Source: Andalucia godoyi And28
Taxonomy: Eukaryota > Protista > Jakobida
Direction: 5' to 3'
Assembly (NCBI GenBank): GCA_009859145.1
Contig: VRVR01000001.1
Span: 202,463 to 266,462, forward strand
Length of the DNA stretch: 64,000 nt
Shown here: piece by piece, positions 50,128-60,801 of the stretch
Numbering within the stretch: position 1 is the stretch's first letter
Layout: the number at the start of each line of letters is the position of its first letter
Position numbers and translations under genes: made by a program
Notes under the pieces: generated by a model
Told to the model about the DNA's origin: nothing
Databases searched by the model: none
What the model saw: only the letters and a program-made list of their open reading frames with translations

Positions 50128-52245
50128 CTATTCCATGACACGGAGCGGATGGGCTTCCGTATTGAACACCCATTCTTCGAGGTCAAGAGTCTCTTCTGGA
50201 GCAAAGATAAGGTACAAATATTTGAGAGTTTCTGCAAGGAAGAAACTCTGCATGAGATCATCCTGGGGTGGCGGCGTGACTCCGACGTTCCGTACTCCAA
50301 CGTAGCCTCCAGTCGGCACACGGCACCATTTTTCAAGGGAGTTGAATACTTCCCAGGCCCATTCCTGGTAGATCTCATCTTCCGTGGCACGATACATGTA
50401 AAAGAATGCCTCCACTGCCTCTGGGCGTAAAATGTAAAAATCCGCACCGTTGACAAGGTTTGGTCTGAAATTCACAAACTCGGGGGCCAAACCGGAAGCC
50501 TGGCGAGCGTACATCTCGTGGCATGTGTTTGCAATACCGGCCGCAACCCGCATGCTTTCATCATATGTTTCGTCCTCTGCGCCTAGCACAAGCATTCCAG
50601 CAGTGAAACAAGCAAGATGATCCATCTTGTCATTCGTGGAACCACCGTTCCACTCCGCAACATACATCAAGCCATCTGGAGTGGTCTTGATCATCTTGGA
50701 AAGAATGCTTTTGGCAGACTCGTCATACATCTGTTTTGCTCTCGTATCCTTCTTGCCAGACAAGATCCACTGCTTGATTAGGTATTCAAAGAACGAATCA
50801 CCCAGTGCTCCAAGAGTGACTTGGCCGCCCTGGAAAGTCCCCGTCTGCGTGTTGACATAGATGGGGTACATTCCGTCGGCCGGCCGGTTCTTGAACAGCA
50901 CGGCGTTCAGGCGCTCAATGCGGTCTTCAAAATCCTGACGGCCCGATAGCTGGGCAAGCTTGCGGAACTCAAGTTGCACAGTCCCGACCTCTGCAAGAAT
51001 GGAATTGCCACCCGTCCAGCCAGCATTGCGTGCGGCACCGCTGGCAAGATTGACTGTGCCAAACGGTGCTCCAGAAGGTGAGTTGAATGCCTTTGCCAAC
51101 CGTTCACCAAGATCCACAGCTCGCTCGAGCAAAATCTCTTCTCCAGACATTTCGTAGGCCGACAGCAAGCCGCCCAAACAGCGAATTGTCGTCTCAAAGA
51201 ACGAGATGTCGGCGTTTCGATCAAAGGACAACTTGTTCCGGATCCACTCTACGCCGTCTTGGAACTCCTCCTCCATACCCATGAGCCAAAGCGTGTCCAA
51301 AGCGTCAATAATTGTGAATCCAGCACCACCAGGAACCCAGTCATGTCCAGACTTTGACAACGGGTGAAGCTCATCTGCTCCCCAAGCAAAGTCCTTGAAG
51401 CCCTTCCAAGCATGCTGCATTGCCCGCTTGACAGCCAAGGCACGCTCCGGAGCAGTCTGCATCTTGGACAGGTCCTCCACGGAGAACTGATACGACTCGG
51501 ACATCCACGGCGCATTCTTGGATGCGGTGACTGCAGGAGACGGTCCCTTTGCACCATTCTTTGGCTTTGGCTTGTTCTTCTTTGAGACCGGCTTCGCCGT
51601 CGTTGACGCGCCCTTCTTTTCAGGTTCTGTTTCCGTGACCGTGGTCGCAGCTTTTGCAGGTCCTTTTTTCACCGGGGTCTCCTTCCGCGCTGGCTCTACA
51701 CTCCCTGACTCGCTGGATTCCGCAGGAGCCTGTTTCGGCTCATCGTCTTCAGCCACCCTTTCTTCTTTCGCAGCTCTTGGAGGCTTTGGCTTCTTCGTGG
51801 AGGTCGACGGAGCGCTGGATACGTCATCCGAGTTCTTATTCTCTCCAAGGACAGGTACCTTTGAGAGAGCGTCTGACCGCTTCTCCACTTCCTTCATTGC
51901 ATCTTCGAGCGCCGATCTCAGATCCTCCAACTCATTGATCTTATCATCCAGTTGCCGGATTTTCTTCGAGAGCTCGCGATCATCCTTTGGAACTGCAGTC
52001 GAAGGTGTCGTCGACGGTCTGGCCGCATCTCTTCTTGATGACTGCTGTCGAGGAGCGGGTGATCCAGGGCCTGTGCGCTTCGCATCCCCGCCGCCGGAAA
52101 AACTCACGGTGTAAACTAAGAAAAAGATAAAAGGCGCCAAAATGACGATGGATAACAGCTTGTTCCTCAGAATGCACACGGACAAAAACGACGTGCGCTT
52201 CCTCACAGTACCCACGAAGGATCGGAGCGTGTCATTGGATGACAT
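50128..52245 (-). CDS. Class I alpha-1,2-mannosidase (GH47), type II membrane protein
   Basis: N-terminal TM segment and K/P/S-rich stem; AMQHAWKGF, WGADELHP, TIIDALDTL, FETTIRCLGGLLSAY, LAEVGTVQLEF, GDSFFEYLIK, MDHLACF, LRPEAVEA, QSFFLAETLKYLYL, FNTEAHPL. Confidence 0.96.
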   Translation of the reverse strand: MSSNDTLRSFVGTVRKRTSFLSVCILRNKLLSIVILAPFIFFLVYTVSFSGGGDAKRTGPGSPAPRQQSSRRDAARPSTTPSTAVPKDDRELSKKIRQLDDKINELEDLRSALEDAMKEVEKRSDALSKVPVLGENKNSDDVSSAPSTSTKKPKPPRAAKEERVAEDDEPKQAPAESSESGSVEPARKETPVKKGPAKAATTVTETEPEKKGASTTAKPVSKKNKPKPKNGAKGPSPAVTASKNAPWMSESYQFSVEDLSKMQTAPERALAVKRAMQHAWKGFKDFAWGADELHPLSKSGHDWVPGGAGFTIIDALDTLWLMGMEEEFQDGVEWIRNKLSFDRNADISFFETTIRCLGGLLSAYEMSGEEILLERAVDLGERLAKAFNSPSGAPFGTVNLASGAARNAGWTGGNSILAEVGTVQLEFRKLAQLSGRQDFEDRIERLNAVLFKNRPADGMYPIYVNTQTGTFQGGQVTLGALGDSFFEYLIKQWILSGKKDTRAKQMYDESAKSILSKMIKTTPDGLMYVAEWNGGSTNDKMDHLACFTAGMLVLGAEDETYDESMRVAAGIANTCHEMYARQASGLAPEFVNFRPNLVNGADFYILRPEAVEAFFYMYRATEDEIYQEWAWEVFNSLEKWCRVPTGGYVGVRNVGVTPPPQDDLMQSFFLAETLKYLYLIFAPEETLDLEEWVFNTEAHPLRVME

Positions 52246-52581
52246 GTTTGACCAAGTTGCATAGACCGCTGAGAAGTCACTCGATAAGACAGCTAAGCTA
52301 AATCAAGAATTTTAAATACTATATATATACATATACATATATATGTAGATAGACAGATAGACAGATAAAACCAGAGAGAAATAATGGATCAAAAACAAAT
52401 CTTCATAAAATCAGAGAGGAGGACAGAAATAATAATAATAATAATAATAATAGTGGTCAACAGGGAAAAACGATCAAGAACTGATTCGAACCCTTGTGAT
52501 GCTTTTCTCCAGGCTTCACTTGATGCTGCTGCGCCTTACGAAAGATTTTCTGGATTTTTTTGCCAACGACGGATCGTCAGC

Positions 52582-53145
52582 GTTGCAACCTGGCAGCTGC
52601 TTCGTCGCATGAGGAAGGGTGGGATAGGCCCCGACACTGCGCTTTGGCGTCGCCGCTTCGGTGGGAAGAAGACCTTCTTCACATGTCCACGGTGCGCGCG
52701 TAACGTGTATCTTACGAACGCCAGACGGGGTGGGATCATGCCGCCACACAGTCCGCATGTGTTGGAGGTGTGCTGCTTCGTGACGATCGCGACCTGACGC
52801 TGACAATCCCTGATCTCTTATTCGCGCTGTGCAACAATTGCTGTTGAAAAACCATAATGGCATCCCAACGACAACAACACGAAGCACGATGGTCTCGCCT
52901 CGATGGGCTGCCCGACGACCTTTTCAATGATCTCGATATTGTACATGTGGTGCAATCTGGTTCGGGCGCTTTCTGATCCACGCCGAGGCGGCTCGCTGTC
53001 CGAGCATCGCAGGGGGCGTCATGTACATCGGGATTCCACGTGACGAGACGAAGAAAAAGAAAAAAGACACTTATTAGAACAAATGCATCGCGTACAAAAT
53101 AAACACAGATGATCTTTGTTCAAGTTTCTCTTTGCCATTCTGCAG
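52582..53145 (-). mobile_element. Internally deleted IS607-type TnpA/Fanzor2 element, copy C (non-autonomous)
   Basis: ATG at 53028 (ATGTACATGACGCC) and catgtacaatatcgag..gaaaaggtc match the tnpA of copy B. VAIVTKQHTSNTCGLCGG resembles the TnpB E-x-TSxxC-xxCG motif. The left end matches copy B and the right end matches copy A. Confidence 0.85.
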
Positions 53146-53368
53146 ACATGGATGTGTCACGATGTTCATTTGGCGACAGGAAAAAACCATGCGCGATGGC
53201 TTTTGTTTTCCCTTTTGTTTTTTGTTTTGATTTGTTTTGTTTTACGCTTCTGTCTTCTCTTCTTTCCCTTCCTCTTTGCTGGTGAGAATATACGCACATA
53301 CGCGCACGTATGCATACGTAGTGCTGATAGGAGAAAGTGAGATAATCAATTTATCATCATTTTAATAA

Positions 53369-54724
53369 ATGTTTTCGTTGTCGTCCGGTTCGCTCAGATT
53401 TCTCGTTTTGCGAAAGCAGCCGTGGATTGGACGGACTGCTGCGTCGAGATGGTTCGCAGCGACGATGACGCGCGAGATTCCCGAGATTGAAGTACTGTTG
53501 CGGGCTCCTGATCATCACCAACATCCGCATGATCCCAACGCCTCACATTCCACTTCTGTAGCTCACAGCCATCGCCATCAAGACGGACTCCTTGCGTCGG
53601 CATTTGCACAGGCGGACCAGTTAGTGGCAGCCGGGAAGCTCGACGATGCGATCGAATTGCTGCACAAACTTGCAAGTCCCGTTCCCGAAGTCGAAGTCGT
53701 CCGACTGTTGAAGCTTGCGTCGTGCCATTTGCTTAGTAGGAACTACACATCGGTGCTTGATTGCTGCAAGACGCTGCGTGAGTTGGACCCGCACATGCCG
53801 CAGATTTTGCACTTGCAAGGCAGAGCATATTTTGCTCTGGGAATGCACCAGGAAACAATTGTTGCACTGACCCAGTTTGCAGACTCCGCTAGGAAATCTC
53901 AGTATAGTTCAGAGAGCGAGTTCAAAGATGTGGTTGGAAATGCCTATGAATTGCGTGGATGGGCGTATCTCAAACTGGGCGATCATGAAATGGCGCTGAA
54001 GGACATGGACCGTGTTCTCAGGTTCCTGCCGAACAGCGGCATGCCAAGATTTTTGCGTGGTCATGCATTGCTGGGACTCGAAAGATTCGACGAGGCTTTG
54101 CAAGAATTTGAAGTGTCATCGCAGTTAGATGACAAGGATGAAGAGGCTGCATACGGAAAGTGCTTGGCACTGGTCGGACTGGGAAGGGCGTCTGAGGCGT
54201 ATCGGGTTGCCCTGTCCAAGCAAGCTTCGAACTTGGACTTTTTACTGCTCAAAGGGAGGATTCTGCTCAGAAATCGCCATGATTTTATTGGTTCTTTTCG
54301 AGTATTTCTCGAGGTCCGCGACAAGGCTCGATCTCTCAGGTCTGAGAGCCCGGAGAATCGCAAAAACTGGGAAATCCGATCGTTGTCTGGAATGGCGTCG
54401 TCTGTCCTCTGTCTCCGAGGATGGGATCGAGCACTATCGTTCTTAGACGAAGTCTTGCAGTTCGAGCCGCACAATGTGGTGGCAATGAACAACAAAGCGT
54501 TTTGTCTGATCCAGAAATCGCAGTTTGAGGCCGCGATTGGTATGTGTGATCAGGCGATTAAAGTGGAAGATCGGTACCCGGACGTCTTTCGAAATCGAGC
54601 AGTTGCGCTGCGACACCTTGGGAGGCTCGCAGAAGCAGCTGACGCGATTCAAAGACACGACCAGCTGATCGCAGATAGCCCGTCCAAGTGGAAAACATTC
54701 GTGGAATCTTATCGGCATGCCTAG
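53369..54724 (+). CDS. TPR-repeat protein with a probable mitochondrial presequence (451 aa)
   Basis: Arg/Ser-rich amphipathic N-terminus; multiple TPRs (LHLQGRAYFALG, YELRGWAYLKLG, AMNNKAFCLIQ, VFRNRAVALRHLG). Confidence 0.8.
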   Translation: MFSLSSGSLRFLVLRKQPWIGRTAASRWFAATMTREIPEIEVLLRAPDHHQHPHDPNASHSTSVAHSHRHQDGLLASAFAQADQLVAAGKLDDAIELLHKLASPVPEVEVVRLLKLASCHLLSRNYTSVLDCCKTLRELDPHMPQILHLQGRAYFALGMHQETIVALTQFADSARKSQYSSESEFKDVVGNAYELRGWAYLKLGDHEMALKDMDRVLRFLPNSGMPRFLRGHALLGLERFDEALQEFEVSSQLDDKDEEAAYGKCLALVGLGRASEAYRVALSKQASNLDFLLLKGRILLRNRHDFIGSFRVFLEVRDKARSLRSESPENRKNWEIRSLSGMASSVLCLRGWDRALSFLDEVLQFEPHNVVAMNNKAFCLIQKSQFEAAIGMCDQAIKVEDRYPDVFRNRAVALRHLGRLAEAADAIQRHDQLIADSPSKWKTFVESYRHA

Positions 54725-54767
54725 AATGACGCACGATGGACGCATGATGGACGGACGAACAGTAATG

Positions 54768-55814
54768 CTACATTTCTTTGAGGTCGTCTGCCGTCAGCAT
54801 GGAAGAAGCCTTCATCTTGAAGTACTCGACTGGCTTATCCTTCGCCAATGTCATTCCCAGAACGGCGGCAATGAAGAACTGGAAGAATCCTACCAGTGCG
54901 GTCACGGAGGCGTAAGCCATCAGATATCCATTGGAGTTCTGAAACAGCTCGGTGTCCTTGGTCGTCGACGTCCTTTTTCCAGGTCCTGGATTAGCGATCG
55001 AGTACTCGTAGATGATGCCGATAAACATGCAAAGCGTCCAAACTGTGCATGGTATGAGCATCAGGAATAACTCGGAATGGACTTCCGCTGGCGTCAGCTT
55101 CGGTCCATCCGCGGATTTTCCAATCTCCGGAATTTCGTTATCGTCTGCTGCAGTATTATCTTCCTCCCACGGATCGTCGTCGTCTTCCGCCCCCTCTTCG
55201 CTTTTCTTGCCTCCTTCCTCGTAGTCGCTGTATATTTTCGACGACATTTTGATCTGATACGTGCTGTACAGAATTCCCACCAGACTCAAAAGAATAAACA
55301 AATTCACAGTGACCCACCGGATGAGGCCAGCCGATGGCTCTTCGGAAACGTTACACCACGCTGCCGTGGGACCCACAAACCCGACCATGGTCAGCATTCC
55401 CCCGATGAGCCCTCCAAAACCAATCGCCATGTTGTACACTGTTCCTGCTCGAATGTAGGGCAGGTGGATTCGCGACAGGTCTCCGAGGACGTTCTTGATC
55501 ATCCAGAACGTGACATAACAAGTAAAACAACCTCCGATCTTGGAAGACACATAGATGCCTCCCTGTATGGAACACGGCATGCCGAGCACAGGTCCCTCCA
55601 ACACAAGCAGCGCAATCAGAATCCCTCCGATCGAGAAGAAGATCTGACACAGGAAGAAGCGGGCAAACACAAAATACCGAAAAAGACGAGTTTCGAAGCG
55701 CAGATACTTCATGTGAATGTACATTGCAAGCGACGCAATAAAGGACACAATGGAGCACACCACGTGCACCATGGCAGCCATTCGTCTCAGTTCCTCATCC
55801 ACCAAAATCCCCAT
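54768..55814 (-). CDS. Seven-transmembrane GPCR-like protein (cAMP-receptor/GCR1/Git3-like)
   Basis: Probable ATG at 55814. Seven hydrophobic segments, Cys at the TM3 start (MPCSIQG), ECL2 AAWC, and an acidic third intracellular loop. Confidence 0.6.
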   Translation of the reverse strand: MGILVDEELRRMAAMVHVVCSIVSFIASLAMYIHMKYLRFETRLFRYFVFARFFLCQIFFSIGGILIALLVLEGPVLGMPCSIQGGIYVSSKIGGCFTCYVTFWMIKNVLGDLSRIHLPYIRAGTVYNMAIGFGGLIGGMLTMVGFVGPTAAWCNVSEEPSAGLIRWVTVNLFILLSLVGILYSTYQIKMSSKIYSDYEEGGKKSEEGAEDDDDPWEEDNTAADDNEIPEIGKSADGPKLTPAEVHSELFLMLIPCTVWTLCMFIGIIYEYSIANPGPGKRTSTTKDTELFQNSNGYLMAYASVTALVGFFQFFIAAVLGMTLAKDKPVEYFKMKASSMLTADDLKEM

Positions 55815-56199
55815 CTCAATGTTAATTGCCTGACCTTTTCTTTGTTTCCCTCGATCCTGCTTCCGTTTTCCTTCCTTTCTTTCTTTCCTTCCAGCAGTCA
55901 ATACGAGCAAGTACAGGAAACAATAAATGCCAGTGTACATGCCCACAAAAGCCAACTTCACAAACGTTCCCACCAAACATTCGCTAAATGCCAAGTTCTT
56001 GGTAGAGATCGTCTCCTAAGCAACTGCCGTAGAATGGAGCCTGACCCGGGCTTGAGGCATGTCTCCCGGCTAATAAATGCTTCCCTCAAACGCACACCTC
56101 TCCAAACATTTGGGCTCGCATGCTGCTGCGCCTCGGACAAATTTTTTTGAAATAAAACGACTCTTCAAATCAGCACGAACACCCATCCAATGGGTACCT

Positions 56200-57400
56200 T
56201 TGAGCGGGACATCCGTGGGGTCTGAGCATCCATACAGAAACAATCCATTTTTCGTCGGAGGTCGACGGCTGTCAGCTCAGTCATACTATCCGATGAAATC
56301 ACGACCGTCCCCAAGACGTTTGGGTTGGAGGGTAGTATATGAAGTGCATTCCTGCGTTTTTATGAATCCTATGTTGATGCCCCCTTCATTTCTTCCCAAT
56401 TTTCACTGATGTTTTCAGTTCTCAGTACTGTTTTTCTAGGAAATGCAATGGCGTCAGGCCCAACCTCGGCAGTTCACTGATCCCGAATGATAGTTACACT
56501 GTTTCAGATGTTGCTACCTCAACAGACGACGTAGATGTAGAGAACAAAACCCTTGCGGTTATTGACGATTCTCTTGAATATAGGGTTGCAGAAAACTCAC
56601 CATTCACTACTTCCAATTCCGGCATGAGTTGGGGAACAATGGAACCTGGCGCCTACTTCTTGGGCAAACTTGCTTTCATTGCAGCCGAAATAACGGTGTT
56701 TATTCGCAATTCGCATTATGCCCGAAAATCCTTCTGTGAGCAAGTGAAAGCGGCAAAGATACATATGTTATCATTACTCGGAAATACTCGATGGGGGTCT
56801 GTGGTGAGATGTGTCATGCGTGTGTTGGAAGCTGAACGCATTATCAAAGACATTTCCCTCAGCAACGATATTGTCAGAAGTAACATCAAGAGCACCCAAA
56901 TGTTCAAGATAGTCACCACTGATCCGTCTTTGTTTGATCTATTCAAAGTCGTGGTGGATGGCTTAGCTCCTCTTGTCAGTTTGTTGACGGTCCTCGAAAG
57001 TGATCGAGCGAATTTGTTGTTTGCATTTCACCATCTGGCAGATTTTCAGCTGTTGAGCGAGTCTGGTCTACCTTTTCCTTCATCCATACCAAGATTCGAA
57101 ATCGTCTATCTGTTGAACAGCGCATGAAACTCGCAGTCATGTGCGCTTGGTGGACCATGCAAGGCAGATGTTGCTGCATCGGTAAGTTTCCTTGAGAAAA
57201 TGATCGAATTTGGAAAAGACCTGCATCAGCTCCGGTGAAGCTGATTTGACGGACAGCGAAACGACCATCCCAGAACACGTGTTGGAAGCAATGGCTAGCC
57301 TGAGAAGGACAACTCTGTCATCGCTCCTGAAGATCCAATATCGTGTCATCAGCAGTACAAAGTGACTGATGCATAAACTGAGCACGCATCTGTTCCCTTC
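56200..57400 (+). pseudogene. Degenerate hAT-superfamily transposase remnant
   Basis: ILSDEIT (first catalytic D-like motif, ~56285), GNTRWGSV (~56780-56800) and LAPLVSLLTVLESDRANL are typical hAT motifs. Interrupted by stops and frameshifts. Confidence 0.7.
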
Positions 57401-58132
57401 CGTTTATCGCATTATTGCTCAAACGATTTCGGTATTATGGGTTCTATTGTCTCGTCGGTCAGAGGATTTGGCAGCTCGGCAAATCCCAACCCATTGCCTC
57501 TGAGTCCCGACCTCTTCTGGTAGCAACAACAAAACAGAACGAGTATATAAATAATAATAATAATCATATAATACAAAAATATAAAAACTCCCATCAATCC
57601 CATCGCCTGTATTTGCTCGCTGGTTTCTCACTTCCCCCCATCAATCCCCCCTCCCCACAACCCCCACCCTACCTTACCCCCATTTCCCTACTCGCAAAAG
57701 TCGTCCTTGTCAAAAAGACCGCGACTTGGACCGAACAGAACTTTAGGATCGCAAAAAACCAATCTTGTCTTTTTTCTTTTACTTTTTATCATGTATGTAT
57801 TTATATATATACATATATATTTGCAATTTTTTGTTTATATATCTACATATTTTTTTCCCTCTCTACATTTTTCACGTCCTTTTAGTCTTCATTGCCATTT
57901 CAGACTTGTCTTTTTTCCCTTGTTCTTGCTCTCCCTCATTTCGGGTTTTTTTTTTTGCATTGCATTGCACTGCAGTTCGTGCTCCCTTCTTCGCTCTTCC
58001 ACTTGCTTCTCGGAGTCATCTCCAACCGTCCATCTTCCAACACATCCATCCTTTCCCAACCCTGATCCCGTCTCTTTCAGCCTCCCGATTTCGCTGTTCT
58101 TGCGCGCACTGGTCCACGTTCCCACATTCTGA

Positions 58133-59378
58133 ATGGCGGCATTTCGAGAATGGTTGCAGGAAATATCGTTTCCTTCTGAAGACGAATCAATCCTTGAAGT
58201 ATGTCTCCTTCCCTCCTCTTCCTTCTCTTCATCCGCTTTTTTCTTTGGGTCTTCTCTTTCGGTTTTCTTTTTTATTTTAATTTTACTTCCTCCCTTCTCT
58301 GTTGCTTCTGGCGCGACTGAGGATTGTAACGTGATTGATTAACGTTTTGTATTTTCTCCCCATTCTTCTTCTTTCGTTATGCGCTCAGACTTTTCGGACA
58401 ATGGTGAACAAGATTTGTTTATACGACTGGGATTTTTCAAATCGCGAGATTTCAGATGTGGCGGCAGAGGCAATTGCGTCTGCGCTTATAGACTGTTCTG
58501 ATCTGAAGCGGTTTTCCATCCATGGGTGCAAGTTTTCGACAAACGCGCTTGATTGTATGCTTGATGCGCTTGTGCAGTCCAAGCTGAAGATTTTGGATAT
58601 TTCACACACCGAACTTGGAAATGAAGGATCGCTTGTCGTGTATCGGTTCCTGAAGAAGAACGAGTTTGTAGAACGACTCTATCTTGCAGACTCAGACTTT
58701 GGAACGGAAGGAAAAGCTACTATCAAGGCAATTTTTGACGATACCGACCGCTTTTTGTACATTGACTTTGGGTCGTCGTCACCTTCGTCGAATATGAGCA
58801 GTAGTAGCGGCAGTAGAAGTAGTGCGACTAGTAGAAATAACAGCAGCAGCACTAACAGGAGTAGTGAAACAAGCAGCGAATGTAGAGGCAGTGGTGATGG
58901 CAGCGACGGCAGTTGTAACCGTGAAAATTCGTCGTTTGCACAGAGCCCAACTACTTCTGGGAAAAGCTGTGGTAAGCCTAACTTGCAGATCCAGCACGTA
59001 GGAGCACATCTACTGGACCGCGAAAAGTCTCCCCAGTCACCTGTTCCGGAGATCCATGTTCCGCCTCCATCCGGAATCCCGGTGAATCATCTGACTGTGG
59101 CGTCTAGCGGTCCAGGAGGCCGGCGACGGGGGTACACGTTCAAGATGCTTGAGCAGCCTCAGTATGATCCACAGGCAGGAACCTATTGTTTGCCGGATAC
59201 CGGGAGGAAACACCAGACTCTCGGGTCGGTTACATACAAGAATCGCAACGGTGAAGTGCTGAGTGATGGTCGCATTCGGGATGGGAACGGCATGTACTTT
59301 CCTGGACCAATGCAATGGGTGTCGGACATTGATGGAGTCAATGTGAAAGTGGACCATTCAATGAGATCGCCGAAATAG
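58133..59378 (+). CDS. RNI-like LRR protein with Ser-rich linker; exons 58133-58198 and 58389-59378
   Basis: Intron GTATGT...CTCAG in phase 0 joins MAAFREWLQEISFPSEDESILE to TFRTMVNK. LRRs ISDVAAEAIASAL, LKILDISHTELGNEG, VERLYLADSDFGTEG. Confidence 0.7.
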
Positions 59379-60120
59379 TCAGCGTCTCCTACAAATCAGT
59401 TTTGTGTGTTTCCGTGTTTTGACATTTGTTTTCCATTGTGCCGCACTTTCCGACATTCAATTTCCTCGCCTTGTTTCGGTCTACGAGTCCAGTTTCATTT
59501 TGCATCTTTGATGTCAGGCTGGTTGTCAGTTTTTCACCCTTTGATGACTGTCTGACTGTCTGCTGCCTCCTCCTTGTGCTCTCCCTCTCTGCTTGTGTGT
59601 GTGCATTTTCATTTCCGTTCATAGAATACCTCTTTTTGTATTTTCCATTTCTGGGTTCACTGTCGAGCTGTATCCAGCCCATTTTTTCCTTCCGTGCATT
59701 CTACCGTTTCTTTTTGGCGTCCAGGGATTTTTGCACGTCCTGCCAAACTTTTAGCTACTCCCTTGCTGGTTTGTGTTGTCAGTGGTTGCTTCTCTTTGCG
59801 GATCGTGATGGAGTTGAGAAAATTGATATTCTCGCTTTCCTTATTATGTGCGCTGCCCAGGGCAGTCAAGAGTCTCACTTTGCACTTCCCCCCTCCCCTA
59901 TCTGTTCCAGCCTCTCGTCTTTGTTTTTCTTTGTTTCGTTCGTGTTGTTGGTCCATATTCACCTTCATGCGCTCGATTGAATTTCGTAAACTGTTTCCAA
60001 TCATCGTCTCTCCCTCTCCAGTCACTCAGCTTCTGGAAGCTTTCACACTTTCCGTCTGCGATGAATGTGAATGCGCCTACGTACCAAGGGTATATATATC
60101 ATGACAGGCCGTGTAACAGT

Positions 60121-60801
60121 TTACGAATTTGCGACGAAGCGCTCTGCGAGAAACAGCAAGTAGTGACTGGCATCGCACAGTCCCTGGAAAAAGAGGGTTC
60201 CAGTCTCGCTTGGCTGACCTTCAATCAGAAAGAGGTTGATGGCCACAGTGTCCAAGTCCAGCGGATACGACTTCAAGATTCCTCTGAGCTGGCTCAAAAA
60301 GATACGCCCGTCATTCGACGAGGATGAGGATCGGAAAGCATTGTAGAACGTTTCCACGCATTCTTCAGAATTCATTTGATACACTACTGCACTTGGATCA
60401 TACGGAACATCCAAGAACAGTCCGCTATCCTTAATTTCATCAATGCGTTTCGGAGCAATCTTCAAGAAAGGACCCACTGCAACGCTTCCGTCATCGGAAA
60501 TCGTTGCGTAAACAGAAATAATATACGTCGCTTGCAAAGGCGAAAGTCCGAGAGAGCCACACAGAATATCTCGGAGCTGCGTAGCCTGGATCTGCTTGAA
60601 CGACGACAGTGCGTCCTCCAGAATCGGTGAAACCGCCGAGTTTACACTTGTTGCCCCGGTTTGTGCAAGCCTCTCAAAGTACAGGGCACCATACTCATAG
60701 ATGTTAGCCGGCTGCGTACGCAAGACTTCTCGAGCAAACTCTTTAACAATCTGCGCAAATGCAGGCGGAAGAGTATATTGCTTTTGATATTTTGAAGACA
60801 T
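60121..60801 (-). CDS. RIIa (PKA docking/dimerisation) domain protein with degenerate EF-hand-like region; radial-spoke-like
   Basis: YTLPPAFAQIVKEFAREVLRTQPANIYEYGALYFERL is an RIIa domain; later DDGSVAVGPFL and GRIFLSQLRGIL are EF-hand-like. Confidence 0.8.
   Translation of the reverse strand: MSSKYQKQYTLPPAFAQIVKEFAREVLRTQPANIYEYGALYFERLAQTGATSVNSAVSPILEDALSSFKQIQATQLRDILCGSLGLSPLQATYIISVYATISDDGSVAVGPFLKIAPKRIDEIKDSGLFLDVPYDPSAVVYQMNSEECVETFYNAFRSSSSSNDGRIFLSQLRGILKSYPLDLDTVAINLFLIEGQPSETGTLFFQGLCDASHYLLFLAERFVANS

Noticed and set aside
55077-56150. 357-aa plus-strand ORF
   Set aside because: Mostly antisense to the 7TM gene, with no domain signal.
56252-56306. The 50-bp repeat read as a snoRNA or rRNA fragment
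   Set aside because: No properly placed C/D boxes and no convincing rRNA match. A transposase-coding reading fits its context better.
59657-60110. Possible extra minus-strand exon or small gene downstream of the RIIa gene
   Set aside because: Short open frames without a clear start, splice sites or motif. Insufficient support.
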